Source of the DNA: Candidatus Tayloriibacteriota bacterium
GTDB taxonomy: Bacteria; Patescibacteriota; Minisyncoccia; Phycocordibacterales; SIBU01
Reading direction: 5' to 3'
Length of the DNA: 64,000 nucleotides
Assembly (NCBI GenBank): GCA_016188455.1
Contig: JACPHR010000010.1
Location: forward strand, 3,655 to 67,654
Every line of letters begins with the position of its first letter. Within the stretch, counting starts at the first letter, position 1. The notes beneath the pieces are model-generated. The model was not told the DNA's origin and searched no databases. It saw only the letters and a program-made list of their open reading frames with translations. The position numbers and the translations under genes are program-made. Below are positions 35,459 to 45,022 of the stretch, one piece after another.

Positions 35459-35525
35459 AAATACAAAAAGAAAACCGCGTACACACAAACTTGTGCATAC
35501 GCGGTGTGATGGAAATGACGGTCGC

Positions 35526-36221
35526 TTATTCCAGCCCCTCCTCGATAGGGTCCATGACCGGAACGTAAGTAAGCGTCCGGTCGCGGACCACCAGTGCGTG
35601 GCGGGGCCGGCCATCGGGACGGCGGTGGATACAGTTGATAGTGACGACGCCGTTGGGGTTTTGCCAGATATGCACAAACCCCCACGTCACTCTGGCCAAA
35701 GCTCGCAAGGCTGCCTGCACCTCGGGATTGATTACGAGGGGCTGTTGAGCATTGGTCACGGTTTGGTCAGAGAAGGATGCGGCCACGACCCCCCTGGTTT
35801 TTCTGGGGTCGCCACCGGGAACCTGCTTGAACCAGTGGATGTTGACCAAAGGAAAACTGATGTTGGCCAACCCGCGCCGGATCATTGCCACCTGAACCTT
35901 TTCCAGATTCTGAATCACAGGCTTACCAGTGTCCACTCGACCCTCACGAACTCGTCCGATTTCTCCGAGGGATTGGTCTCCGCCGGTGTATTTCCCACCC
36001 TGGTGAATTTGGTCAACCACCTGGTCGCCAGTTCTGACTGGCACTTGGTCAGGTCTTGGTTGACGGACGATGCCCGAACCGCTCTGACCGTTTCGGATTT
36101 GGCGCTCCGGGATGCCGTGGGGTAAATGACTGGGATTCGTGAAGCCAAACTTCACGATGACTGTGTGAACCGTCCCGCTTAGGGGGACGGAAGGTATTTG
36201 CTGAGATATGGTAGTCTGCAC
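35526..36221 (-). CDS. hypothetical protein (231 aa, GTG start)
   Basis: GAAAGG RBS; promoter at 36359-36387. Confidence 0.7.
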   Translation of the reverse strand: MQTTISQQIPSVPLSGTVHTVIVKFGFTNPSHLPHGIPERQIRNGQSGSGIVRQPRPDQVPVRTGDQVVDQIHQGGKYTGGDQSLGEIGRVREGRVDTGKPVIQNLEKVQVAMIRRGLANISFPLVNIHWFKQVPGGDPRKTRGVVAASFSDQTVTNAQQPLVINPEVQAALRALARVTWGFVHIWQNPNGVVTINCIHRRPDGRPRHALVVRDRTLTYVPVMDPIEEGLE

Positions 36222-36358
36222 TATTGGCCTTTCTCCGGCTAATGCCGGAATGGGTTGTTGTTTGTTTAAACTGCTAGCCTTTCGACTATAAGAAACCTTC
36301 CAGCCGAGAGGCTAGCAGTTACCAAGATGCAATTTTTAAGGAACTTCTACTGCCCAAA

Positions 36359-36387
36359 AGGATAGCATGGTTTTATAATATAGTCAA
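36359..36387 (-). promoter_or_regulatory. sigma70 promoter TTGACT-N17-TATCCT
   Basis: extended -10 TG; divergent from the clpB promoter. Confidence 0.6.
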
Positions 36388-36395
36388 GCAAATGA

Positions 36396-36423
36396 TTGAC
36401 GGAAGTTTTTTAATTGCTATAAT
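36396..36423 (+). promoter_or_regulatory. sigma70 promoter TTGACG-N16-TATAAT (clpB)
   Basis: near consensus with extended -10. Confidence 0.65.
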
Positions 36424-36590
36424 ACCGTTATAAGCTATGTTTTAAGGCCTTGTTTTGAGATTTTTAGGGCAGTTTCCTTAAAGTGTTCTGTGCGTTATAA
36501 TAATGGTGTTAATGAAATTGTTATCTAGTTTAAAAGTTCGTAAACCGGTTTCAATTTTACATTTTGATATTTAAATTTTAATTTACTATC

Positions 36591-39314
36591 GTGCCACCTT
36601 TTAACCACTTCACCACCAAAGCCAAGGAGGCCATTCGTAGGGCCCACGAGCTCGCCATTGAACGCGGCCAGAATCACGTCAACCCGGTGCATCTTTTGGC
36701 CGCCCTGGTGCTTCAAGAAGAGTCCATGGTCAACGCCATTTTAGAAAAGCTGGACGTTGACACGGTGCTTCTGACCGATTCAATCTTGGAAACCATTGAA
36801 GGCGACATTGGCTCTTCCACCCTCTCGCCGTCGTACCAGATTTATCTGACGCCCGAGCTCGCCCAGACGTTGGAAAGTTCTTCCAAAGTGGCGACTAGCC
36901 TCAAAGACGAGTTTGTTTCCACCGAACATCTTTTCATCGCCATGCTGGACATCCCCGGCGCGGCGCGCGAACTGCTTTCCCGTTTCCGGATTGACAAGAC
37001 AGATGTCTTGCGGGTTTTGGAAGAACTCAAGAACACCAAAACAACTGACGTGGTTCAGCCGAGACGGCTCCGTTCCATTTCAAAATACACCCGGAGTCTG
37101 ACCGGCCTAGCCCGTGAAAACAAGCTTGACCCGGTCATCGGCCGAGACAATGAAATTTCCCGCATCATCCAAATACTTTCTCGCCGCACCAAGAACAACC
37201 CGATTCTCATCGGCGAGTCGGGCGTCGGCAAGACGGCCATCGCCGAGGGCCTAGCCATTAGGATGGCCTCGGGCGACATACCCGAGTCGCTCAAGGACAA
37301 AGAGCTGGTGTCGCTTGACCTGGGACTTTTGATCGCCGGCACCAAGTACCGCGGCGAGTTTGAAGAACGTTTGAAAAATATCATGAAGGAGATTGAGAAG
37401 TCCGAGGGCCGGATCGTGCTTTTCATTGACGAGATACACACGATTGTCGGCGCCGGCGCGGCCGAGGGTTCAATGGACGCTTCAAACATGCTGAAGCCCG
37501 CCCTGGCCAGAGGCGAACTGCGGGCCATCGGGGCAACAACGCTCAAGGAGTATCAGAAGCATATTGAAAAGGACCCTGCCTTGACCCGGCGCTTTCAGCC
37601 GGTCTATGTTTCCGAGCCGTCGGTGGAAGACGCCATCGCCATTATGCGGGGACTAAAAGAGAAGTACGAGCTCTATCACGGGGTGCACATTACGGACAAC
37701 GCCATTGTGGCCGCCGTCACTCTTTCATCGCGCTACATTACCGACCGATATTTGCCGGACAAGGCGGTTGACCTGATTGACGAGTCGGCTTCCTCTTTGA
37801 AAATTTCGCTTGAAAACATGCCGCCGATTTTGGAAGAAACCCATCGCAAAGTGATGCGACTGGAAATTGAGCGCGAAGCCCTGAAGAAAGAATCGTTGAC
37901 CTCAAGGAAGGCAAAAATGCGAACCAAAAAAATTGAAAAGGAAATCGCCGACCTCAAGGAGAAAACTTCGGAAATAGAACTAAAGTGGAAAAACGAAAAA
38001 GAAACCCTCGTCCAGATAAAAACTGCTAAGAAAGAGCTTGAATCCTTGCGGCTCGAGGCCGAGGCGGCCGAGGCGCGGGCCGATTTGGCCAAAGCGGCGG
38101 AAATCCGCTACGGCAAAATTCCGGCGCTGCAAAAAGAGCTTGACCTCAAAACCAAGCGCTTAAAGAAACTCCAAAGCTCGCGGCGGATTCTCAAGGAAGA
38201 AATCATGGAGGCCGACATTGCCGAAGTGGTCGCCAAGTGGACGGGCATTCCGGTGACCCGAATGCTGGAGGAAGAGGCCGCCAAGCTCTCACGCATGGAG
38301 GAAGAGATTAAAAAAAGAATCATCGGCCAAGACGAAGCGGTGCGAAAAATCGCCGATACCATTAAGCGCTCCAGGGCCGGCATCAGCGACCCGAACCGGC
38401 CCATCGGCTCGTTCATCTTTTTGGGTCCGACCGGCGTGGGTAAAACCGAGCTCACCAAGGCGCTGGCCGAGTTTATGTTTAACGACGACAAAGCGCTCAT
38501 CCGCGTTGACATGTCGGAGTTCATGGAAAGGCACAGCGTGTCCAAACTTATCGGCGCGCCGCCCGGCTATGTCGGCCACGAGGAAGGCGGCAACTTGACG
38601 GAGATGGTGCGCCACCGGCCGTACGCGGTGATTCTCTTTGATGAAATTGAAAAAGCCCATCCGGAAGTGTTTAACATTCTGCTTCAGATTTTTGACAACG
38701 GCCGGCTGACCGACGGCAAGGGTCGCTCGGTGAATTTCCGAAACGCCATCATCATCATGACCTCAAACATCGGAGCGCAATTTATTGACAAGATGGAGCG
38801 CATCGGTTTCGCCACCAGTGAAAACAAGAAGGTTGATTATGAAAGCGCCAAGACGAAAGTGCAGGCGGCGCTCAAAGATTATTTCCGCCCCGAATTTCTC
38901 AATCGTCTGGACGACATTATTGTCTTTGACATTTTGAGCCAGGAGGCGATAAGTAAAATCGTGGAAATTCAGGTTGGCCACGTGCGTGAACGGCTGGCGG
39001 CCAAAAATATCGGTCTGGAAGTGGCGCCAGAGGTTTTGGCGTACTTGGCGAAAGAAGGCTACAACCCACAGTATGGAGCGAGACCGCTGAAACGGATTAT
39101 TCAAAATAAAATTCTGACGCCGGTGGCTTCCCAGATTATCGGGCGGACGGTAGGCGAAGGCAGTACGATTTTAGTCGGTATCAAAGAGGGCGACCAGTTT
39201 GTTTTTGACATCCGGAAGCCAAAATCGGCAAAGCCCATCAAGAGCGACTTACTTGTGGAAAAGTTGCACCCGCCCGAAGAACTGAAAACGTCTTTCAGTC
39301 GGGCGGGAGTTTGA
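36591..39314 (+). CDS. clpB: ATP-dependent chaperone ClpB
   Basis: two AAA+ modules ([16 protein letters not shown]) and long middle domain [11 protein letters not shown]. Confidence 0.95.
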   Translation: MPPFNHFTTKAKEAIRRAHELAIERGQNHVNPVHLLAALVLQEESMVNAILEKLDVDTVLLTDSILETIEGDIGSSTLSPSYQIYLTPELAQTLESSSKVATSLKDEFVSTEHLFIAMLDIPGAARELLSRFRIDKTDVLRVLEELKNTKTTDVVQPRRLRSISKYTRSLTGLARENKLDPVIGRDNEISRIIQILSRRTKNNPILIGESGVGKTAIAEGLAIRMASGDIPESLKDKELVSLDLGLLIAGTKYRGEFEERLKNIMKEIEKSEGRIVLFIDEIHTIVGAGAAEGSMDASNMLKPALARGELRAIGATTLKEYQKHIEKDPALTRRFQPVYVSEPSVEDAIAIMRGLKEKYELYHGVHITDNAIVAAVTLSSRYITDRYLPDKAVDLIDESASSLKISLENMPPILEETHRKVMRLEIEREALKKESLTSRKAKMRTKKIEKEIADLKEKTSEIELKWKNEKETLVQIKTAKKELESLRLEAEAAEARADLAKAAEIRYGKIPALQKELDLKTKRLKKLQSSRRILKEEIMEADIAEVVAKWTGIPVTRMLEEEAAKLSRMEEEIKKRIIGQDEAVRKIADTIKRSRAGISDPNRPIGSFIFLGPTGVGKTELTKALAEFMFNDDKALIRVDMSEFMERHSVSKLIGAPPGYVGHEEGGNLTEMVRHRPYAVILFDEIEKAHPEVFNILLQIFDNGRLTDGKGRSVNFRNAIIIMTSNIGAQFIDKMERIGFATSENKKVDYESAKTKVQAALKDYFRPEFLNRLDDIIVFDILSQEAISKIVEIQVGHVRERLAAKNIGLEVAPEVLAYLAKEGYNPQYGARPLKRIIQNKILTPVASQIIGRTVGEGSTILVGIKEGDQFVFDIRKPKSAKPIKSDLLVEKLHPPEELKTSFSRAGV

Positions 39315-39433
39315 ACCTGCCTGAACCCCGCCTGAATGACTTGAAGTCGGACAGGGACTGAGATCGTTCCCCGCCCGGGTGAACATCCATTCGGACGGGG
39401 GTCGGGCGGGAGTTATAAAGTTCAGAAAAGGAA

Positions 39434-39469
39434 AGCTGAATAAAAAGACCATGGTCTTTTTATTCAGCT
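39434..39469. terminator. perfect 36-bp palindrome after clpB
   Basis: AGCTGAATAAAAAGACCA|TGGTCTTTTTATTCAGCT. Confidence 0.55.
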
Positions 39470-39562
39470 AAAGAGCAAAAACAATTACACCGCGTCCTGC
39501 CTTGCGGGGCGCGGCGATTGCCGTTTGGATAAAATTTGCTACAATGCCCGAAGCGTAGCTGA

Positions 39563-39647
39563 GCGTCGGTACTCAAGTGGTCAACGAGGGCGGTCTGTAA
39601 AACCGCTGGCATCGCCTACGCAGGTTCGAATCCTGCCCGACGCACCA
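39563..39647 (+). tRNA. tRNA-Tyr(GTA)
   Basis: GCGTCGG/CCGACGC acceptor, GCGGT-CTGTAAA-ACCGC, CCA; promoter TTGCCG-N16-TACAAT at 39518-39545. Confidence 0.95.
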
Positions 39648-39783
39648 ATTGAGCGAAGCGAAATTTTCAGTCGGAGCCCCGATGGGTATCGGGGCGTGAG
39701 GGATTCGAAAAGGTTCTCCCCTATCGAGTCCGCGAGATGGGAAACCTGTACTGAAGCGGTACGCTTCGAATCCTGCCCGACGC
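39648..39783 (+). mobile_element. tRNA-Tyr-linked structured mini-element with 19-bp 3'-end duplication
   Basis: 39765-39783 = 39625-39643; internal GGGATTCGAA antisense to the junction. Confidence 0.6.
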
Positions 39784-40197
39784 CCCAAGTTGACACTATT
39801 GTGTCTACTATCCTGACGATCGCCTTGATAGTAGAATACTGGCAAGTGGAAATTGAAAAAAGATGGCTAACATCTTTACCACCTTTACTCTTTCTTATCA
39901 TTGCGGTGCTTCTGCAAAATGCGACTGCTCGGCAAACAGTGCAAATAAGGAAATCAGACTTCAATTTTTTGAGAAAATCTGATAAAGTAACACAAAAGCA
40001 GTGCGCCAGCTAAAGCTGGCACAAATTCCGTTGGCGTTCAAAGCGAGGCCGCGGCGGAAGAGGGGTGTGGTGGAAATTCCGCCACACCTGAGCGAATACA
40101 GAAAGAGATCAGCCCCGGGGCCTGCTCTGTCAGGGGCAGAACACCAAAGAAAATTTTTGTTTTCCTTTATATTACAAAGAATGTTCCGTAAATAAAC

Positions 40198-40270
40198 GCG
40201 CCCATAGCTCAGTTGGTAGAGCAATCGCCTCTTAAGCGAAAGGTCGTTGGTTCGAATCCAACTGGGCGCA
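40198..40270 (+). tRNA. tRNA-Lys(CTT)
   Basis: GCGCCCA/TGGGCGC acceptor, TCGC-CTCTTAA-GCGA, GTTGG-TTCGAAT-CCAAC. Confidence 0.92.
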
Positions 40271-40673
40271 CACGCCAGAAAAATCTTCACTGCTGAAGAT
40301 TTTTCTGGACGTGCGCGGGACGGAGGCATGTTCGGTCAGCAGACCGAACAGCCGAGTCCGGGTCGGGAAATTTTACTCGTGACGACGAGTAAAATATTCC
40401 TGACCACACGCCAGAAAAATCTTCACTGCTGAAGATTTTTCTGGACGTGCGCGAGGCGGAGCCGTGTTTCTGTAGCAACAGAAACAGACGAGCCAGGGTC
40501 GTGAAAATTTTTGAGCGACGGCGAAAAAATTATTTCTGACCACGGCCAGAAAAATCCGCACTGCTGGAGATTTTTCGGGACTTGCGCGGGACGGAGGTAT
40601 GTTTTGTCAGCGGACAAAACAACCGAGTCGGGGTCGCGAGTTCCGAGCCCGATGGGGTGAGGAAACTTGTGAC
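40269..40673 (+). mobile_element. tandem array of three guide-bearing elements (136, 136, 133 bp)
   Basis: units 40269-40404, 40405-40540, 40541-40673, each CAC..ACTGCT..CGGAG..GGGTCG..TGAC. Confidence 0.8.
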
Positions 40674-40776
40674 CACAAGAAAAATAAAACTTAGTAACTT
40701 GTGACTCTAAAATCCAACTAAATTAGAAATTCAAACTTTGAGTCGCGGGTGAATCCAACTGGGCTTTTTGAAAGAC

Positions 40777-40863
40777 GGGCAGGTGGCGAAATTGGTAGCC
40801 GCGCCAGCCTTAGGAGCTGGTCCTAGCAATAGGATGGGAGTTCAAATCTCCCCCTGCCCACCA
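40777..40863 (+). tRNA. tRNA-Leu(TAG)
   Basis: GGGCAGG/CCTGCCC acceptor, CCAGC-CTTAGGA-GCTGG, CCA. Confidence 0.95.
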
Positions 40864-40958
40864 AAGTTTAACCAGCTCACGCCGGTTTTTGCTTGAAGTT
40901 GAAATAATCAACATATGCGGATTAAATAAACTCAGAGAACATCAGAGAACAGAAAAAG

Positions 40959-40987
40959 TTGACTTTATACAGAAAGCATGCTAGTCT
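40959..40987 (+). promoter_or_regulatory. sigma70 promoter TTGACT-N17-TAGTCT
   Basis: extended -10; just downstream of the 40-bp repeat copy 2. Confidence 0.55.
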
Positions 40988-41068
40988 TTTGGTAGTTCTA
41001 AATTGAGCGGATGGCGAGAAACCGCCATCCCCTGACAACTAAATAAACCAAAAAAACGGAAAGGAAAT

Positions 41069-42382
41069 ATGATAACTTTAGTACTTTTGACGACTCTTGT
41101 CTTACTGCTGTTTGGCGTTGCCCCGCTTGCTGTGTCGTTTTTGTACTATGCGGCAAAGAAAAAACAACAAGCGAGCTTCGTGCGCGAAGCAACAATGGAA
41201 TTCGTCATGGCTGGCGGTCGGTGCATTAGAATTCTTGAAAACATCAAGGGTTGGTACTATGACCGGCGGGAGTTTGTGGAGAAAAAAGACCCTGCTACCG
41301 GCGTTGTAACACATACGCCGCTTACTTACACCACAAAGGTGGGAAAACTGGCAACCGCGGATATAAGAAACCTTGACGGTACTCTAAAAACAGCGGCTAA
41401 CACATGGTACCTAGACAATGTGCAGGTGCCGGTAAAGGAGGCAGTCCTTCTTGGGAATCCCACCCACAAACCCAGCACATGGTGGAAAAAGGTCAGGCAA
41501 TATTTACGACACAGATGGGGTTTCTTCTGGGTAAGCGCGTTTTACCCCCAAACGCACATCCACAAATTCCAAGTGGTCAAGTCACGGCTACGAAGAAATG
41601 TGGAACACGGCCAAACGCCTATTGAGGAGATGATTGAGGTGGATGCGACCCCGGCCGAGGTGGACAACTTGCTGTGGCGTTTCCCGCGCGCGGTGCTTAT
41701 TGGTGATATTGAGTTTGCCGACAGGTTAACGGCAAGCCTGGTTGCGATGTCAAACTTCCAGGTAGTAATGCCGAACATACCGGTGTTTATCTATAAAGCG
41801 GACTTCTTCCCGCAGATAGAATCGCTGGTGCGCTCAACGGTCATTGATTACTGCAGAAAAGTCAAACTGGCGGACTTTATCACCTCAAGTCCCATCGGCC
41901 CAGTCTTAAGTTTCTTCACTCAAATCATCAGCCAAGTGAATCCAGAGATGATAAGTCAGTACGGCGTGGAAATTCAAAGTTCCTGGATTGTTGAAATTGA
42001 GCTGGGAGACAGCGAGGAACAAAAAGCCCTCAAAGCGAAAGAGCTGGCGGAACTTCAAGGCCAGGCCGGGGTAACGGCGGCGGAACTAGCGGCCAAGGCG
42101 GTGGTAGCCACAGCAGAGGGCGCGGCTAAAGCGACGGTAATTGGGGCAGAAGCTGCGGCTAAAGCCACAACCCTAAAGGGTACAGCCGAGGCGGAAGTGC
42201 TTAAAACTAAAGTGGAAAAAGCAGGGGAGGCTGTAGTCATTGCGGACCTCCACCGGCAACGAGTAACCGGGTTCACGGGCTCGGTACTCAGCGAAGGCGG
42301 CGCTTCGGGAACGGGAGTAATGGTCAGTGTGCCGGCAAAACCTGAAAGACCGGCTCCAACCGCGACTCCGCCTACGCCTTGA
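41069..42382 (+). CDS. SPFH/flotillin-like membrane protein
   Basis: N-terminal TM, YGVEI, AE-rich coiled coil, GAAAGGAAAT RBS; terminator 42400-42428. Confidence 0.65.
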   Translation: MITLVLLTTLVLLLFGVAPLAVSFLYYAAKKKQQASFVREATMEFVMAGGRCIRILENIKGWYYDRREFVEKKDPATGVVTHTPLTYTTKVGKLATADIRNLDGTLKTAANTWYLDNVQVPVKEAVLLGNPTHKPSTWWKKVRQYLRHRWGFFWVSAFYPQTHIHKFQVVKSRLRRNVEHGQTPIEEMIEVDATPAEVDNLLWRFPRAVLIGDIEFADRLTASLVAMSNFQVVMPNIPVFIYKADFFPQIESLVRSTVIDYCRKVKLADFITSSPIGPVLSFFTQIISQVNPEMISQYGVEIQSSWIVEIELGDSEEQKALKAKELAELQGQAGVTAAELAAKAVVATAEGAAKATVIGAEAAAKATTLKGTAEAEVLKTKVEKAGEAVVIADLHRQRVTGFTGSVLSEGGASGTGVMVSVPAKPERPAPTATPPTP

Positions 42383-42635
42383 AAAATACAAACTCGCAGA
42401 CCGGTATCGCAAGATGCCGGTTTTTTTATTGTAATTGCGGATAATACCCGCTCCGCCACGGCGGACGGGGACGAAGCCTAATGCCCCATCCCCGCAACGC
42501 GGGGCGGGGACAGGACGAGGCCAAACTTTATTTGACAAAAACATATATTCATGATAACTTGTAACAAGTTTCAAAGGACAGCCCTTTGACAAACACAACA
42601 ACTGCCAGCTATTAAGCTGGTGAAAAAATATCGTT

Positions 42636-43640
42636 ATGAAAAAAATACTGAAAAGTTTCGGTTCCTGGTGTCGTACAACGGCTTGGCCAAAGACGAAAGC
42701 CTCCATGAAAAGGTTTTACTTCTGGTCAAAGCCTCGCCTGCAAAAGGTTTGGACTAATACCAAATCGGGGGCGAAATGGGCCTTTACTCACAGGACAGAG
42801 AAGAAGGTGTGGCTTTCGGCGGCAATCCTTGCCGGATTCACTCTTCTGACTGTGGGGGCCATTTTTACAATCCGTGGCTTGCAAGCGGTGACGTCGGGCA
42901 ACTGGCAAATCTCGTGGCTAGTTTGGATACTGCTTGCGTTTCTTGGGCTAGTGGTGGTTGTCTTGGAAATCTTTGCGTGGGGGCTTGTTTTGCAAGGTAC
43001 GGCCAAAACAAAAACCGTTCTCAAAGTCCACGCGTGGATTGCGGGAATTGTCGGATTGCCAGCTGTCTTGATTGCCTTCGGGCACTACTTAAAGGCAGCC
43101 GCGGCAATGCCATTAAATTGGTACACGCTACTGGCGGTTGTAGTCTCCTTATGCCTCTTGGGCGTGATTGTCCTCAGGGCGTTCGGACCAAGAACCCCGG
43201 CTACCCAAACTACAAGTAGTTACAGTGGCAGCGGGAAGTCGGGATGGGGTACATTGGTAGCCGCCGTGGTTGTCATGTACGGACTCTGGATGATAGCCAG
43301 CCTCTTTATGCTCGGCAAAGAGCAGGCGGACAGGCGGAACCTCGGCCAGTGGGCGGCGCAAGGGTCTATGGGCCAGGCCGGCGTACCAAGGCACTTTTTC
43401 GTTACGGCTACGCCGGACGCGGAAGTGCCGGTCTACATTGACACCGGCATGACCTGCACCAACCAGTTGGTGCATCCGAACGAAAAAGTTTGGGTGCGCC
43501 GAACCGGAGAGGAACGGTTTCTCTACTGGAAAGGCAAGGCCGTGGCGGTGGCAAACCTTTCCGGACCGCACCAAATCTGGTTTCAATCGGCCGAGACCCA
43601 CCCGGTTTTGGTTGAAGTCAGCATCTACCCCAGACCTTAA
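42636..43640 (+). CDS. hypothetical multi-pass membrane protein
   Basis: about 5 hydrophobic segments plus a C-terminal beta domain; TTGACA-N17-TAACTT at 42532-42560. Confidence 0.7.
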   Translation: MKKILKSFGSWCRTTAWPKTKASMKRFYFWSKPRLQKVWTNTKSGAKWAFTHRTEKKVWLSAAILAGFTLLTVGAIFTIRGLQAVTSGNWQISWLVWILLAFLGLVVVVLEIFAWGLVLQGTAKTKTVLKVHAWIAGIVGLPAVLIAFGHYLKAAAAMPLNWYTLLAVVVSLCLLGVIVLRAFGPRTPATQTTSSYSGSGKSGWGTLVAAVVVMYGLWMIASLFMLGKEQADRRNLGQWAAQGSMGQAGVPRHFFVTATPDAEVPVYIDTGMTCTNQLVHPNEKVWVRRTGEERFLYWKGKAVAVANLSGPHQIWFQSAETHPVLVEVSIYPRP

Positions 43641-43696
43641 AGGTCAGAGGTGGATTAACCCAAGCGAGGTTGAGATAACATCAACGCCTCGCTTTT

Positions 43697-44042
43697 TTAT
43701 TATCCGCCCACAGAATCCGCCCCGCAACGCGGGGCGGATTCTGTGGCTTGCGAATAATAAACCCCGCACCATTTTCACTAAATCAAAATTGCCGCTAAAT
43801 GGCAGGTTGTTTTTCAACCATTCAATAATTTTATGAATTGCTGTTCGGCAAAAATGGTGCTGGGGTAAACGCCCACAGAATATCCACCGCTTGGGGTGGT
43901 AATTCTGTGGCTTGCGGATAATAACCCCTGCCTGACGGCAGGCAGGCCGCACCAATCCTAGGGCGAGCGCGTGTCCCGAATAGGGACATCCCTTGTTGGG
44001 CGAAGCGAGAGCATGTATGCCCTCTGGTGCTGGGGTTATTTC
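43697..44042. repeat. cluster of nested palindromic elements
   Basis: CCACAGAAT..ATTCTGTGG x2, CCCCGCACC..GGTGCTGGGG x2, CCTGCCTGACGGCAGGCAGG insert at 43927-43946. Confidence 0.8.
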
Positions 44043-44153
44043 CGGCCGTGAAATACCGGCCGCTCACGATCTCAAGACCTCTCCTTAACTATGACTATAA
44101 TGTTTACGGCTCACTTAAAGCTTTCCACACAGAATCTTTTCTCTATTTTGCCG

Positions 44154-44191
44154 TCCAACTTTAAGATTGCTATAGCAATCTTAAAGTTGGA
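44154..44191. repeat. perfect 38-bp palindrome
   Basis: TCCAACTTTAAGATTGCTA|TAGCAATCTTAAAGTTGGA. Confidence 0.9.
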
Positions 44192-44251
44192 TAACATTTT
44201 TAGGGTCACGCACGAATCTTTCCGTTTAATATCATCGTTAGCCATTAGAGA

Positions 44252-44509
44252 CTACTTTATGATTGAGTATTCAAACGTAAAAGGTGATTCGATCTCTGTT
44301 GGTTTTTCTTGAAGCTGAACATTAAACGCGGAAAAAATAGCGTCTCGTATTTGAGATTCTATTTCAATAGATGTCGGATTGGGGTTAGTGTTGGAAGAGA
44401 TAATGCCAGGCACTTCGTTGCATACGGCAGTCCACCCCTCTTCATCAAAATTAACCTTAAATGAAAGTCCGCCGATATTTTCTATCTGTTTGCCCACTCG
44501 CAACTGCAA
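44252..44509 (-). pseudogene. HicB-like antitoxin fragment, probably 5'-truncated
   Basis: DEEGWTAVCNEVPGIIS..IESQIRDAI; ORF runs into a palindrome with no ATG/RBS. Confidence 0.55.
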
Positions 44510-44555
44510 ATATACAGGTCAGACCTATATATATAGGTCTGACCTGTATATTTGC
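44506..44555. repeat. perfect 50-bp palindrome built from two AGGTC-W-GACCT mini-palindromes
   Basis: GCAAATATACAGGTCAGACCTATAT|ATATAGGTCTGACCTGTATATTTGC. Confidence 0.9.
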
Positions 44556-44565
44556 GATAAACTAT

Positions 44566-45021
44566 TCAAAACTTCATACTAACCTCATTCTGCCGAGGTT
44601 TTCTCAAAACAAGGAGTAGAAGAAGTCCGAGAATCAAAGTGGAGACTGCCTCCACCAAAAACAGCCCGTGATTGTAATTTGTTTGAGACGGGCCAACAAG
44701 CGCCCTGCCTCCCCCGCCGGTTTTTGGCAGTTGCGGCGTGGGTGTCGTGGCCGTCGGCGTAGAGGAAAAAGCGCTCGCGACCGAAGCCGCCTGGGCGGCC
44801 CTTAAAGGAACGGCGGCTCTTTGAGGAGCGACTGCCACTGGTCTTCGCGCCGACACGACAGTTCTTGGACCTTGACTTACGGCCAGCCGGGCGGCGCCGT
44901 ATTGGTAGGTAGTCGGGCTGTAAGAAACGATGCTCTTGATATATGTTTGCGCCGATGAGCTTGCGGGTGAAAGCGAAAGAAGCGCAAAAAGCGCGAGGGT
45001 TGAGAGGGTTTTTTTATCCAT
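44566..45021 (-). CDS. secreted protein with LPxTG-type C-terminal anchor
   Basis: signal peptide; LPKTG + TM + RKPR. Confidence 0.7.
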   Translation of the reverse strand: MDKKTLSTLALFALLSLSPASSSAQTYIKSIVSYSPTTYQYGAARLAVSQGPRTVVSARRPVAVAPQRAAVPLRAAQAASVASAFSSTPTATTPTPQLPKTGGGGRALVGPSQTNYNHGLFLVEAVSTLILGLLLLLVLRKPRQNEVSMKF

Positions 45022-45022
45022 A

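Noticed and set aside
36424-36590. CIRCE/CtsR heat-shock operator before clpB
   Set aside because: No TTAGCACTC-N9-GAGTGCTAA or CtsR repeat found
40269-40673. CRISPR array (repeat-spacer look; Cas2-like genes in the window)
   Set aside because: The period is ~135 bp, the 'spacers' are homologous structured sequences, and there is no cas1 or effector gene
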